Source: Chlorokybus atmophyticus
Lineage: Eukaryota; Plantae; Mesostigma and Chlorokybus algae
DNA: 64,000 nt
Assembly: GCA_009103225.1 (NCBI GenBank)
Contig: RHPI01002533.1
Coordinates: 1,865,186-1,929,185, forward strand
Direction of reading: 5' to 3'
Below are positions 38,244-51,300 of the stretch, piece by piece (within the stretch, counting starts at the first letter, position 1; every line of letters begins with the position of its first letter). A program made the position numbers and the translations under genes. Below the pieces are notes generated by a model. That model was not told where the DNA came from. It saw nothing but the letters and a program-made list of their open reading frames with translations, and did no database searches.

Positions 38244-41200
38244 CTAACAAAGACTTTGTTGTAAGTCATCAACCAAGGGCGATTTAGGGCTGACACACTT
38301 ATGCACTCGCCAACTACACAGCACAAAAACTCGGTCAAGTTTTGCCAAAACTGTGTCGGGTGAGGGACTTGTGTACACGTATGGAAGCCTCTTATTTGCG
38401 CTGATCAGTTCCCCACTGGACCTGTCCGCACAATCGTCTTATGATGACTCCGCAAAAGGCACCGGCAGTCTTAACTAGCACATCATACAATGTGCATGTG
38501 CTTACGGGAACTCCCAGTGAACGCTCACAAATGAGCAACACTTAGTGAGCTTGCCACTCGACACTCAAAGACTGCACGCAGAGTGCAACAAGACGGCTGT
38601 TCCAAGACAACCACTTACACGCAACACCCAACTCCAATTGCTTGCCTGTACAGGCCAAGGGGCATCAGGCATCTCCGGACGAGGCAGTCGAACAGCTCAC
38701 CATACATAACAAGATCGCCTCCTGCGATTCTATCGAACACCTCTTGTGGCAGCTTGACCTGCCACAAGAGGTGCCAACATTCAAGTCGTTGCGCCACATA
38801 TTTGGACCATTTCAGCAAATGCCTCCAACACAAGCTCTCACCTGTCGGATGCGGCTTGCAAACATGCTGCCAGCATCATGCTCCCTTTTCTTGCAAGCAA
38901 GTAAGCCGTGGTCTAGTCCAAGCAGCATGCGCAAGATCGTGTTAAGCTTCGGGTTGTAGAAAGTTTGACACAGCAAGGTGTCCGCTGTGTAGTTGCTGTA
39001 AACCATCCCCGCTGCAAACACGGCGTTGAGGGTGAAAGGCACTGCTGCAATGTCCTTATCATAGGCCGCAGCACTAGTCAGGAACTTAATGTTGGGAGGG
39101 TGGTGCAAGTCAATGGTCACTAGTCCCTTGAAGTCCGGGAAACGTTCTCGAAGGTATGCTTGAACCTACAGCCAGCGATGGGCTATGTTTGTGGAACAGC
39201 GCACATCATATATGTAAGTAGTAGTGTCTAAGTACCTCCATGTATGTGAGTACAGCATCGCCATCCACGGCACGCTCCGACAAGATGTGCTCAGTTTGCA
39301 TGTAAGTTCCCATTACGATTATGGTTGAGGCATAGCCAGCACGCGCGCGTTCCAAGTCCGCAATGCGCATGGCGCTGCCTTGCAGGAACAGGCAGTTTGG
39401 GAAGTCTCGAAGCTCAGAAGCTGCATCCTCAGTGATATTGCTGCACAACAGTATCACAGGGAGCAGCAGCACTGCCTCTCTGCGACGCAGGCTTCTCAGT
39501 GTCTGCGTAGCATATTTTCTGTGATCAGCAAGTGTCAACATCTTGAATGCTTCATCAGACACATGCAGAGCACTGCGTACCTGTAAGAACTCTCGTAGAG
39601 CCACAGGTATCCCGCAAAGTAATACATGGTCCTACAGTTACAGAACACCGTATCAGTTCTTTGCTTCGTGTCCTACGCTGAGAACATTTGACGAGAAAAC
39701 ACTTGCCTCCAGCGTTGTCAAAGATTCAAGTCCCAACTCTTGCACAGTCGCTGGACAGTCTGTCGAGTCCCAGTCATGCATTGATAGATGGTCTCCAGCT
39801 TCAGCGTCGATTGCAGACGGCCCAGGAGTGGCAACTGTATGAATCACAGGCTTGAGAAGTTCCTCCGAGATCAACGTTTGAGAGAGTCGGTCTGTCATCC
39901 CCTCAACGCTGCTCAAGCTTGTAGCGATGAAGTATCCCACGTCGTTTGTACTTATCGTATACCTGCACAGCAAGTAACACTCTGATGCTGCCAACTTCAA
40001 GTTGGAGGGCCTCCTGCGGTAAACATTGCAGCAGAATGACTACCAGTACTTGCAGTCGGGCTTACCCAACAGCAGGAATCTTGAGTATGTCTTCTGTACC
40101 ATCCATGCCGCGTGTGCCTAGGGCAATCAGGCATGCTTCCGAGTATCTGAAGCATGCCATTGCGGCCTGCGTGGCATGTCCCATGTCACATGCCTAATAC
40201 AATGTGAAAGCATGTTTACAGCAATACCTCCCGCATGCTCAGTCCCACTAGCTGTTGTGGCACAGTACAACGCAAAAGCTTCCTGGTTGCGCCAGTCGTG
40301 TACTCCCTGCGCCATTTATACTCTACTGCCGTCGCATCAACGCCGCCCTGATTATGCCAGTTTGAGGGGCAGCTGCTGAGCAGGTTATGTACCATGGGTA
40401 TCACGCCAGGGGAAATGGCATTAGACGCCAGCATATTGGCCTTAAAGTCCTCAGCACAGACCAGTTGGTCTGAAGCGTGCAGCGATTCTGCTGCCAGATG
40501 CCGATAGCGAGGCAGTGCCAGTTGCAGGTATACTGGCAGGGTGGGACAGAGCTTCTTGGCTGCCACAGCCTGCACAATGCCAGTAGTATGGCCATCATAC
40601 CAGCAAGTGTAGGCTGCATGCATGTCTACAGTTACTTGCAGACGCAGGCAGACACCAAGTTCAACTGACTTGCAACAGGCTCTTGGCATCGTAAAAAGCT
40701 GCATCTGCTGGTTTGGAATGGCGCTGGAAGAAGGCCTGATTGTCAGTACAAGCAACCAAGTCACACACAGCGTCCACCAACAACAGTACTCACCAGGTCG
40801 GTAAGGATGAACAGTGCAGCTGCCTGAGTCAACCTCAGCCGCTTCAACTCGGCATCATCATACGTATCTCCCTGAAAGTACTGCAGCGACTTATGGAAGG
40901 GACGCTCAACAAGCAGCTGCTTCACGTCATTGCTCGGCTCGTTGGGACCCATCACAGCGGTCTGCGGATGCACAGCTTGAGGCCTAGTTGATACCACACA
41001 ATGACGATGTCTTAGTCCTGGTGACCAAGACTAATGACTCATGTCGTACCATCTCAATTCGAGGAGCACCATGATCAGGATGATACAACTCCTTTAGAAA
41101 GCGCCGAAGTCTGGGTGCGTGCAGGTGCCCGCATATGACAGTGTGCTTCTTATCAGTTTTTCCTCCAACGAGAGTGTTGCTGGGTTGCGGCACTGATCCC

Positions 41201-43045
41201 CCATAATGCGGCTGGAATGCAACGTACGAGATGACGTCCGACACCACCGTGGAGAACACGCCGATGCCTATGCATATCACGATGATGATGAGAACCTGTC
41301 CCAGCGGGCCGGTCGGCGTAATGTCGCCGTACCCGACAGTTGACATGGTCTCAACAGTGAAGTAAACGCTGCACATTGCAACAGGACAGCACAAAAGTGT
41401 GAGCAAAAGGCGTTTAGAGCAGACACTTGCCAACGACGTGTCACACATGCACGCTACATTACCTGTCATGAAACTGAAAAGTGGCGTCTTCAATTCCGTG
41501 CTGGTATCAACAGAAGCATTGCGTGTTAGCTCTCACGTTGGTTGCATGGCAATAACAACAGACTCCGCAAGTAGCGGGCTCACCAAGCCGACGGCATCGG
41601 GTAGAAGTTCGTTGAAGGCTAGAAGGTAAGATGAAAAGAGCAGCACTATCATTCCGCCCACTCCGCCCAGAGCTGCAAACTTGAAGAAACGAGCGTGTCT
41701 TGCGCGCGTGGCCATGGGCTCCGGAAGAGAATGATATACTTTGTACACTGGTCAAAGGCAAATGTTAATACAACAGTCTACAGGGTGTGGTTATTGTTCA
41801 ACTCCTTTCCCACCCGCCCAATATGGCCGTTGCAACCGAGACGCCCGCACAAAGTTGAAGGCGGCATTGAACTTGACAATGGAATTTTTGCTGCCAGTTG
41901 GCGAAACTCCAAGCGCGATGAACGGCAGCAGAAGCTGACACACCGCCAAGGTGGTTATCACTATAATAGCGGGGACAAAAGGCTATAGCAGCATACCATC
42001 AAGGCGTTTATCAGGTCAACCATGCCCTGGAAGCTTGGGTTGTAGGTGGATTTCTTATGCGTTCCTGCGCATGCCCGAGCAGACTGCGTGCATGTCGCTT
42101 AGTGAGTTTATACCAAACAGGTTGGGACAGAGATGCCGCTGACCTCCAGTGTGTACATTAACGTGTATAGACTCCCAGTAAGTATGTCGGAATACCACAG
42201 CATGCTGAACTTATACCTGCAAATCGGAACATTCAGACTAATTATGCAACTTGTCACAGCAGCTTGATGAACCACGCGCACTTACAGGTCTGCGACATAG
42301 TAAGAACCGATCGCAAACAGCAAATAGCCGACGACAGACACAAGGAGCTGCAAGTAGTAGAGCATAGCAGGTTAGAGCTTACCACTAGCATGCACCATGA
42401 CATAGCAATAGGCTTACCCAGACTAGTTTTATGCGAATGTGGTACCTTTCCAGCCTGTGCAACACAAAGGGCAAGGCTTGAGGACTACCCTATGCGTGCT
42501 TGCTGAACGACAACAAGATTTGCATGCGCACCCGATTGGTGGCAGTTTCATAAGACATCAATGCGGTTCCCTCTTACCAGTCCAGCATGCTGTGCAGATG
42601 GTGTCCGCCAATGCAACTACACTGTCTGTTGTGATGTTGATGACCACCACTTGATTTCCTTATGTCAGGTATAGGATTGTGGCGGGGCTGCACCTGCCAC
42701 AAGACAAGCGCTGAAAAGCTGCAGAAGCAACTTGTTTGACAATCACTGGGGCGCAATCAGCTGTCTTTAGCTTAACGACCACACAGGCATGGCTGCAGGG
42801 CTGCATGGTTGCATGGCTATTAGCAAGCAAATCGTACGAGCTGACTAATGCACGAGACTGCCAAACACACACTGAGCTGCGCATTGAATCCATCCATGAT
42901 TATCCATGTTAATAGAGGTTGCTTTGAAACATAAGCAGCGTACCCGCTTGAACGAAAGGCAGCTCCACAGCTGATCCCTCCACAGCTGGGCTTGCTGGCT
43001 GCCATGGCCGTTCACTGAGGAGGCAAGCGCTGCTGCCCTTTCCAT
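38244..43045 (-). CDS. Slo-family (BK/KCNT-like) potassium channel, paralog A: 6TM plus two RCK domains
   Basis: Pore VYFTVETMSTVGYGDITP and S4-like FNFVRASRLQRP. RCK motifs: HTVICG, LQYFQGD, CAEDFKANMLASNAISPG, FLQGSAMRIADLERARA, FAAGMVYS and KRLPYVYTSP..DRVFVL. Stop TAG at 38244-38246. The start is tentative. Confidence 0.9.
38422..38645 (-). other. GC-AG intron (last intron of Slo paralog A)
   Basis: The junction is GGCCTGTACAG|GCAAGC...GACAG|GTCC. Splicing restores the conserved C-terminus, and paralog B has a GT donor at the same codon. Confidence 0.75.
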
Positions 43046-43420
43046 GCTTGCAGGCAGCTTGCCCTAAACCATTGCCAGGAAGCTTGCAAGAACGACCTGC
43101 CGACACAAACTGCTCATCCTCTCCTCCAGCGTCCTGCTGCCTGTTGGTTCCCCGGGCAGCTTATGTCACAGGCTTAGGCACGGGCTAAGATCCAAGTGCC
43201 AGCTCGACCCACAAGCCTGCCTCAGGGCTGATGATTCTAATTGTTTTGCAACAGGTTTGCCTCCCGCACGGCCTTGGCTCAGCAGCTGCTGTCACAACCA
43301 AACCACAACAGCCACAACGACAAGCAGAGCTCTTGATCAAGCCTACTTTGTGTGCATGCTTTCTCAGCAGGCATGCATGCCACCAGCGCTAATCCCAGCA
43401 GACCCTCCACCTCATCCGCT

Positions 43421-43461
<41 letters not shown>

Positions 43462-44232
43462 TTCCACAAAAGGCTGCCCCACAGCGCCTAGGCACGCTGC
43501 AGCTACACATATTGAGTGCAATACAGCACTGCTGCGGCAACTCAGCCGAGCCTTTGATGTTTTGCGACACTGTGGCTGGCATGACACTAAAAGCTGCGTG
43601 AGGCATGCGCATGCAAAGCTTATCACATGCGTGTGCATGGCCTGGTGCAAAACGCACCAGTGCGTAACTGCGTGCGTGCGTGTATGTACGTTCATGTGTA
43701 CGGGCTTACATGCATGTAATAATGCATGTAACAATAATAATGGTGATATCGCACGCATTAGTTGGCACATTCGTAGGCATTGCACTTGCTGTGTTTGAGC
43801 GTCACAACTCTGGCTTGGGCCAATTAATAGCATACCTGCGCAGCAGCGCTGCGTGCGGGTTCGGGTTGATTGCGCAGACACACATAGCGTGGCGTAAAGC
43901 ATAGCCCCTCAGCATAGCCATACAGCTTGCATCCAACCCAAGGTTATACAAGACTTGTCCGTATGTGTGCGCAAACTGTCACTTAGAAAACGGACATCGC
44001 AAGTATAAAACACACGCATGCAGGCACACCGACGCATTTGTGACGCTTAAGGTCTGCATGCTAGCGCTGTCAACTTATTGTGTGTTGCCAAGGCATGCTG
44101 TGTACATAAGTCCAAAACACTACTGTGTGAGCATAAGCATCGACTGCATCCCAGGCTGTGTCCACCTTAGTTTGCAAGTTTTAACACCAGTAGCGTATGT
44201 ATAGTATACATAGCTGCATACGACTGCAGCTA

Positions 44233-44916
44233 TCAGTGGTTGGATCGCAGCTCATTTTTGCGCACAGGCAGCTGCGATATCGTCTCGCCTTCATTCCAAG
44301 CAAAGTCTCTCAGCGTCTGCAATTCGGTGGTACACGTCCAATCAAACTACCGGTACTAATGCTCAGCGGCAGCTTTGACTCAGTACTACTAGTACCTTCA
44401 TTGCTCTATGCAAACCTTGTGTGGCCCACACCTTGCCCTCAGCAGCACTGTACTGCTCTGTGATGTCCGCCTCACGCCTCGGTTTGTAAAGGCTACGCAT
44501 AACACAAGCAAAGTTGAGCTCAGTACTTGACACAGCAGCATTTGTAGCTTGAGAGACGCAAGCAAGTTGTAATGCATGCATTCGAGCTTACTGAACGTCA
44601 GGATTGACGGCGAGCTGCCTGCTGCCCACATAGATCCCAAGGCCAAGCACCGAGCTCACCAGACACCCCATCCCAGCGATCTGTTTCCTGAACAAGCAGG
44701 AAGGGGTGTGTGACCAAGGGGAGAGGAAGCAGGTCGGTTCGCACGTTAGCAAGCTGCAGGCATTATAATTATTATTATTTCCAAACACTGTCTTTTCTAC
44801 GTTGTGAAAGTGTTGCTACGTTAACGCACAAGAGAACACACCTCACGGCCGTCGGCGCCGAGTGCCCTTCTAAGAACGCTCCTGCTGGCCGTGTGCGCAG
44901 CAACACTTGCAGCCAT
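44233..44916 (-). CDS. Small B12D / NDUFA4 (MLRQ)-like membrane protein, 114 aa, 4 exons
   Basis: Exons 44916-44842, 44680-44592, 44492-44396 and 44316-44233 are all GT-AG and in phase. Protein: MAASVAAHTASRSVLRRALGADGRE|IAGMGCLVSSVLGLGIYVGSRQLAVNPDVH|LYKPRREADITEQYSAAEGKVWATQGLHRAMK|TLRDFAWNEGETISQLPVRKNELRSNH*. One TM helix followed by RQLxxNPDV fits B12D/NDUFA4. Confidence 0.75.
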
Positions 44917-45344
44917 CTTCCTAGGGCGGTACCCAACCACCAGTGTTAGAAGTCAAGCTGTGCGTTGCAAGCAGCTGCACCAAGCGCCACTCAAGCTCTG
45001 CACTGTTGAAGCTTGCCAACACTTATTCTCACAAGCCTTGCTGCAATACAAAGACTCCAACACTCGCAATTGCCGCTCCTCCTGGTATGCAGCATGGCGG
45101 CTGGTGCCAATTGCGCTGCTGCGCAGTTGAGTATGCCGCACGTCGCCATCACCGCCGCCCCTGCGAGATGGCGTGCATGGCGTGCATGGTCAGACGCGAA
45201 AGGGTGTCACACAAGCACGGCGCCAGTCTGACGACACTAGCTGAGCCTTCCCTCGATAACTGCATACAGTACGGGTATGGACATAACGACCCATTGATGT
45301 ACGCACCGTGACGACAGCATTTCGCAACAAGGCTTTCCCGCGCA

Positions 45345-46818
45345 ATGGCCGCTGGGGCGGCGGCGGCGGCGGCGGCCGCGTCGGCGTCGCTGGCGTCGCC
45401 AACGACGTCCTCATCGTCGTCAGCGGTGTGTCTGTACAGAGGACACGACAGGAGTCCCAACCAGAGGAGTAGGTTGCAGCCAGGCGCTGGCTTGGGCAGG
45501 CATGGCGGCGGCGGCGGCGGCAAGCGGCGCCTGGTGTGCAGGGCGCTCTCCGCCGACGCCGCCACAGCGTATGACGGCGGCAAGGGCGGCGATGAGGGGG
45601 GCAATGGGAAAGGTCATGGTGGTTCGGGGCGGGGCGGAGGAGGAGGGGGAGGCGCTGGCGACGACGCTCGCAGCGCACGAAACAGGAACTCACTGTTAGG
45701 GTTGCTCTCGCAAGGATGGGAGGACAGAGTTAGGGCTGACCCCTCCTTTGCCTTCAAAGTGCTTGTTGAGCAGGTGAAGCTGTGAGTCGCGCTGTCAAGC
45801 TACTTGCTCAATGCACCACGTAACTACTGCATCTGTGCGTGCTGGTTGGTCAACATGCATGATATGTCAGTGCATTGACATCGCTTCACACATCATATAA
45901 CAGAGTGACAGCACTGATAGTCACAATGCCGGTTGGACGTTGAAATGCTCTTGCCATAATAACTGACATAATTGACATGACACTTGATGCTTACGTGTGC
46001 AGGTTATCGGTGTGTCGGCATGCGTTATTGGCGACATGTCAGCTCGCCCCAATTTTGGTTTGAATGTAAGCGCAGTGATTGGCAGCATGCAGCGTTGCAT
46101 GTTGAACTCCAGCAGCTGAAGCATGTGGAGCGTGTTGCAGCGTTACAGATTACATCTGACCTTGCGCTTGCAGGAACTTGATTTTGTGTTCTCCACGATG
46201 GTGGTGGGGTCAATTTTGAACTTTACGCTCATGTACATGCTCGCACCAACTGGCGCCAGCAGCTCACTTCTGCCTGGCATTTTCGCCAAATGCCCACCAG
46301 GTGCTTGAGTGAATGTACTCTTGTCTCCCTGCTTTCCGCCCTGGCAATTGGTATGTTACAAGTTGAGTTATTCCATTGGCCAATTGTGTGTAACCAGTGA
46401 TGCATGCGCAGGGCACATGTTTGAGCCGGGTGCTTACACCATTGGTCAGCGGGCTGGCACGTGTTTGTACAAGGGGGTACAGTTTGCACTGGTAGGGTTG
46501 GTTGCTGGAGTAGCCGGCACGGCGCTGTCAAATGCTCTGTTGGATGTCCGCAAGAAACTAAATCCCAACTTCAAGTCGAACAACGAGAACCCGCCTCTCC
46601 TTCTCAATGCGTACGCGTGGGCTCTGCATATGGGCATCAGCTCCAATCTCAGATACCAAGGGTTGAATGGTTTTGACCTGGCGATGACAAGGCGCCTGAG
46701 TCCTCAGATGTTCAGACCCATTGCCATTGCCATACGCACTGCCAACAATGTGCTTGGGGGCGTCTCTTTCTCAGTACTCGCGCGGTGGACTGGAGCGCAG
46801 AAGTCTGCCACGGAATGA
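45345..46818 (+). CDS. RETICULATA-related (DUF3411) plastid envelope protein, RER2/RER3-like
   Basis: An Ala/Ser-rich transit-like N-terminus and a Gly-rich stretch come first. Motifs seen: GWEDRVRADPSFAFKVLVEQ|VIGVSACVIGDMSARPNFGLN|ELDFVFSTMVVGSILNFTLMYMLAPT, HMFEPGAY, NAYAWALHMGISSNLRYQ and NNVLGGVSF. Confidence 0.93.
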
Positions 46819-48396
46819 CATGATAATGGCTGAAAAGTCTGTTAGAATACTCAGCAACATCAACAGGTTGGGCAGCATCGGCGCTGCTTTTGGCCTCAGC
46901 TGACTGACTGCTTCAAGCCGTTTGGTCGCCTGCGTGTGCATGGCGGCATTTGAACTGGTCTGTGGTGTCATACGTGTGTGACGTGTGTCATACGTAGGTA
47001 TAAGCCTTGGAAGGACACTGCCACTGCCCTGGTGCTCTAGCAGTGCGCGTCAGCGAAGTGAGGCTGCATGACAACAAGTCATTGGTGGAGTGGGGGTCTT
47101 GTGGTATGTGCATCTCAATCTTGCTGATGCATCCCATGTGCGCTTTACCTGATTGTGCTTGATATGGTCTTGGTGCCATGGGTTGATGTGTGCGTCACTA
47201 TGATGTGCAGTGAATCAAGGGCGCTATTGCACCCATGCCATGTACGCTCAGCATTTGTTCAGCATGGTTGTCATTCTCATGTACCAACGAGCATCACAAG
47301 CACCTTTGTGACACACCGTACCATACCCCTTATATACATGCACAACCACCGGGTATAACTACTCTCGCATACCTCACCTATCCCTTCACTAGTCACACTC
47401 CTACTACCCCAACCCGTTAGTAATGCAAGCACACATACCCCACACACCCCTTTCTGTACATTCACAGTTTTGATGACCCTGCACTATGTGCAGCTGTGTG
47501 ACCGCAGTGGGGTGTTTGTTGCGCTCTTCTCATCAAACACTAATGTTTCAACCAGAGCAAAATCTTCTACTTGTGTGTGATGAGATATATGGGGCAACAG
47601 GCGAGCGTGTTGGCCCACACATCTAAGTGTGAGCAACAGGCGTGGTGATGGACTCGTGTAAATTTGTTGTAGTCTTCTGACGTGCTACTTGTCTGCAGTC
47701 GCAATCCATCTGTTCATGCGGTCAGTTGTGTAAGAGACCATTGCTCATAACACCATCGGGTCATGTACTTCACGGTGATCATTGTTGCAACTGGGACGGC
47801 AAGTTGCAAGTCGATGTTATGCACAACAACAGTATGGAGATTCATCAAACCCACCACCTATTCGGCTGGTGATGTGAGCAGTAACCAAGCACAGACATCC
47901 ATTGTCAGCACAAGAAGCATGCTAGCAAAACTACTTTAGTTTAGTGTAGTATACTCAAAGATAGCATACTACGGAGCCGGTTTGACACAGGTGGGAAACG
48001 CACCCGGAATTCTGGAATGCGGACAACAACATTGCGCTTGAAACTTCCAGCCAACCATGGGATGTTAGGCCCGACCGTGCAGCACTCCACAAGTGATCTA
48101 CCTTCTCGACCTCATGTTGCTTGCCAACTATAGCACCTAGCGAGAACATTTGTACACAGCTGCTGACTGTACACAGCTTCTGATTAGTGTAACTGCTGCT
48201 TGTCGCAGCAAACACAGGCTCCGGACCTTCCACAGGTAACATAAGCCGTCACCACCAGGAGAGGCAGGTTCTACCAATAATTGGATGTCAGCGTTGGGGT
48301 AGAATGATGGCTGCTGTAATGTTATGCTCACGTATGTACTACTTCGCGCACAAATACTTGCGGCAGTAGGCTCTCAGCGTTGCTAACAAGTATTAG

Positions 48397-51300
48397 CTAC
48401 TTGCTGCCATGATATGTGACCCGGCGACTGGCTAGCACGAAGATACGGTCATCCTCCGCCAACACTGTACTTGGCTCAGGGTTTGTAGAAACGTAAGGAA
48501 GCCTTTTGTTCTCACCTATCCACTCTCCAGAACACCTGACCCCAACATATGGTCAGAGTGAAGTTGCTGATATGTGTGAGGGACGCACACATGCAGTAAC
48601 TACGATTGAAGCACCAGCACGCAATGCCTCTCATAGGTGCATCAGACACTGCAATTTTGCTAACCTGTACAGCCCAAATGGCATGATGGACCTCAGGGTG
48701 AGGTACTCAAAGAGCTCGCCATAAGTTACGGGGTTCCCGGTGTCCGCTTTCAACCTATTGCGTACTTCACTCGGAAGAACTATCTGTGGTGACATGTGGA
48801 AGGTGAGCTCATGACAGTGTATGCACATGCTCATGATGGTCCTCACGGAGAGCAAGCACTACACTACTTGTTGACACTCAATGTCTGACCTGTCGGATGC
48901 GACTCTCGAGCACGCCATCACCATCGCGCTCTGACTCTTTTGGAACCGTGGCCCAGTCCAAACCCAGCAGTACGCGCAAGATGGTATTGAGATGATGATT
49001 GTAAAAAGTCTGGCACAGCAAGGCGTCTGTGGTGTAGTTGCTGTAGACCATTCCTGCTGCGAACAAGGCGTTCATCGTGAACGGGACTGATGTGTCTGCA
49101 CTGTATGACATCGCGCTGGTAAGGTACTTAATGTTTGGCGGAGAGCACAGTTCAATCGTCACTGAGCCCTTGAAGTCTTTAATGCGCAGCTTCAGATACG
49201 CTTGCAACTGTGGTGACAGAACACGATCAACTTGCAACACACGCTACTAACATTGGTGCGCACCTACAAACACACAAGCAGAGAGCCGTACATACCTCCA
49301 TGTATGTCAGAAGGGCGGTATTATCGATGTCACTATCAGAGATCCCATCACCCGCTTCAGGAAAAGATGCAATAATGATGATGTTGGATGCGTGACCAGC
49401 ACGCGCCCGCTCCAAGTCCACAAATCGAAGGGGGCTGCCTTCAAGAAACTGACAACCTGGAAATTCGTCCAGCATGGACTCGCCATCCTCGGGAATCTTG
49501 TTGCTCAAGAAGACAACCGGAAGCAGAAGCTGCGTCTCTCTGTCGTCCAAGCTTCTCAAAGTCTGTGCCCAACATAAGCATGTGCACATGAGCCCAATGA
49601 TGATGACAGCTATTATGTGTAGAAGCGTCATGTTATGTGTACCTGAAGAAATTCGCGGAGAGCTGCTGGCACTCCACACACCAAGATATGTCCCTACACA
49701 TTGATAAGAACAGGCCGTGTGAGGCTATGAGTGGGCTATGAGTTGTATCTGACAGTTGCAAAGCAGCCGACGAAGCTGGTGCGCAAGGAACCAACTTGGA
49801 ACTGTTGGCACACCTCAATTTTAGTTGAAGCCTCATCGACATCGTCCAACACCTCGTAGCCTGCAGATGACGGGCCCCTTGCAACGCAGTTGTGCCTCAA
49901 GACGAAGTCAGCTCCTGATTCAATGCTCTTCATTGATGGTCCATTCTCGTCGCTTGTTTGCTGTACGTATTTCAGCACGTCTGGCGTCAACAAATCCTTC
50001 AACTTCTCAATGTCGCCAACAGATTCGGCGATGAAATATCCCATATCGCCTTCCTTCAACCTATACCTGTAAGGCAGTCACTGCATCAAAACTCTGTTGC
50101 TGTGAGATGCCCGCAAGCTCATGCACAGCTGGTGCTTCTATGCAACACGTGCGTGCGGGCGGGCGGTTATATGTGCGCGTGGACGTGCGCGCGTGTGTGT
50201 GAATTTCTTGTCAGCCTTACCCATCTGCAGGGAACATGATGATGTCTTCAGCTTCATCCTCAGTGCAAGTGCCTATCGCGAACAGGCACGTCTCCGAGGT
50301 CTTGAAGCAAGCCAACGCAGCCTGCCAGCAATGTTTTCTTAAGATACACAGAAAAGCAAGGTACAACGCTTAATGGTAGCCAAAACAGGTACCTCTTTCA
50401 AGGTCATATTCACAAGCTGCGATGGCAGCGGTGAGCGATACAACTCCTCATTGACCCCCCGCGAGTAAGCAATGCGCCACTCGTCTGTTTCGCCCTTTTC
50501 GCCCTTGTCAGCTAAGGACGCCAACTCCTTGAAGTCCGGGGCGCTGCTGCTCAACAAGCTGTGTACCATGGCTATGACACCCGGACAGATGGCATTAGAT
50601 GCAAGCATGTTGGCTTTAAACTCCTCAATGCAAATCAACTGGTCCGGAGGGTTCTCTGCCAATGAAGCCAGGTGCCTGTAGCGCGGGAGCGCCAGCTGCA
50701 GGTAGACGGGGACTGTCGGGCAATGCTTCTTCGCTGCAACGGCCTGCAACAACGCAAACCAAGTCGTGATTACCCTTCACAGTCCTCCTCCAACAACAAT
50801 GTGTCTTTGAGTTGGATGTTTCTCATGTACTCACCAGGAACAGGCTGTTGACATCCAAGCCTTCTGCAGCTTGTGGGGAATACTGCAGCCCAACACGGTA
50901 TGTCAGCCATGAGCTTGCAAGCAGTAAAGGACGCTACCCACATTCGCATACCGGATCTGTAAGGACGAAGACAGCAGAAGCCTCACTTAGCAGTATCCGC
51001 TTCAGATCCCCATCTTGCGAAGGCACACCCAGGAAATACCGCGCGAGCCTGAAGAAGGCGCGCTCAGCAAGCAGCTGCTTCAAGTCATCACCGGGTTCTT
51101 CAGGGCCCATCATAACAGCCTACGCACAAGTTGCACGCATTGACTTTGGTCTCTACTTCACAAAGAACCATAGAGTGTACCACTTAACCAGGAGGACATG
51201 CCTTACCGATACGGATGAAAGATCGCCATGATCAGGATGATAAAACTCTTCAAGGAAGCGGCGAACTTTGGACGGTTGCAAGTCTCCAACAATGACAATG

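Noticed and set aside
47955-48242. 95-aa ORF downstream of Slo-B
   Set aside because: Slo-B already ends at 48397 and no motif was recognised; likely 3' UTR.
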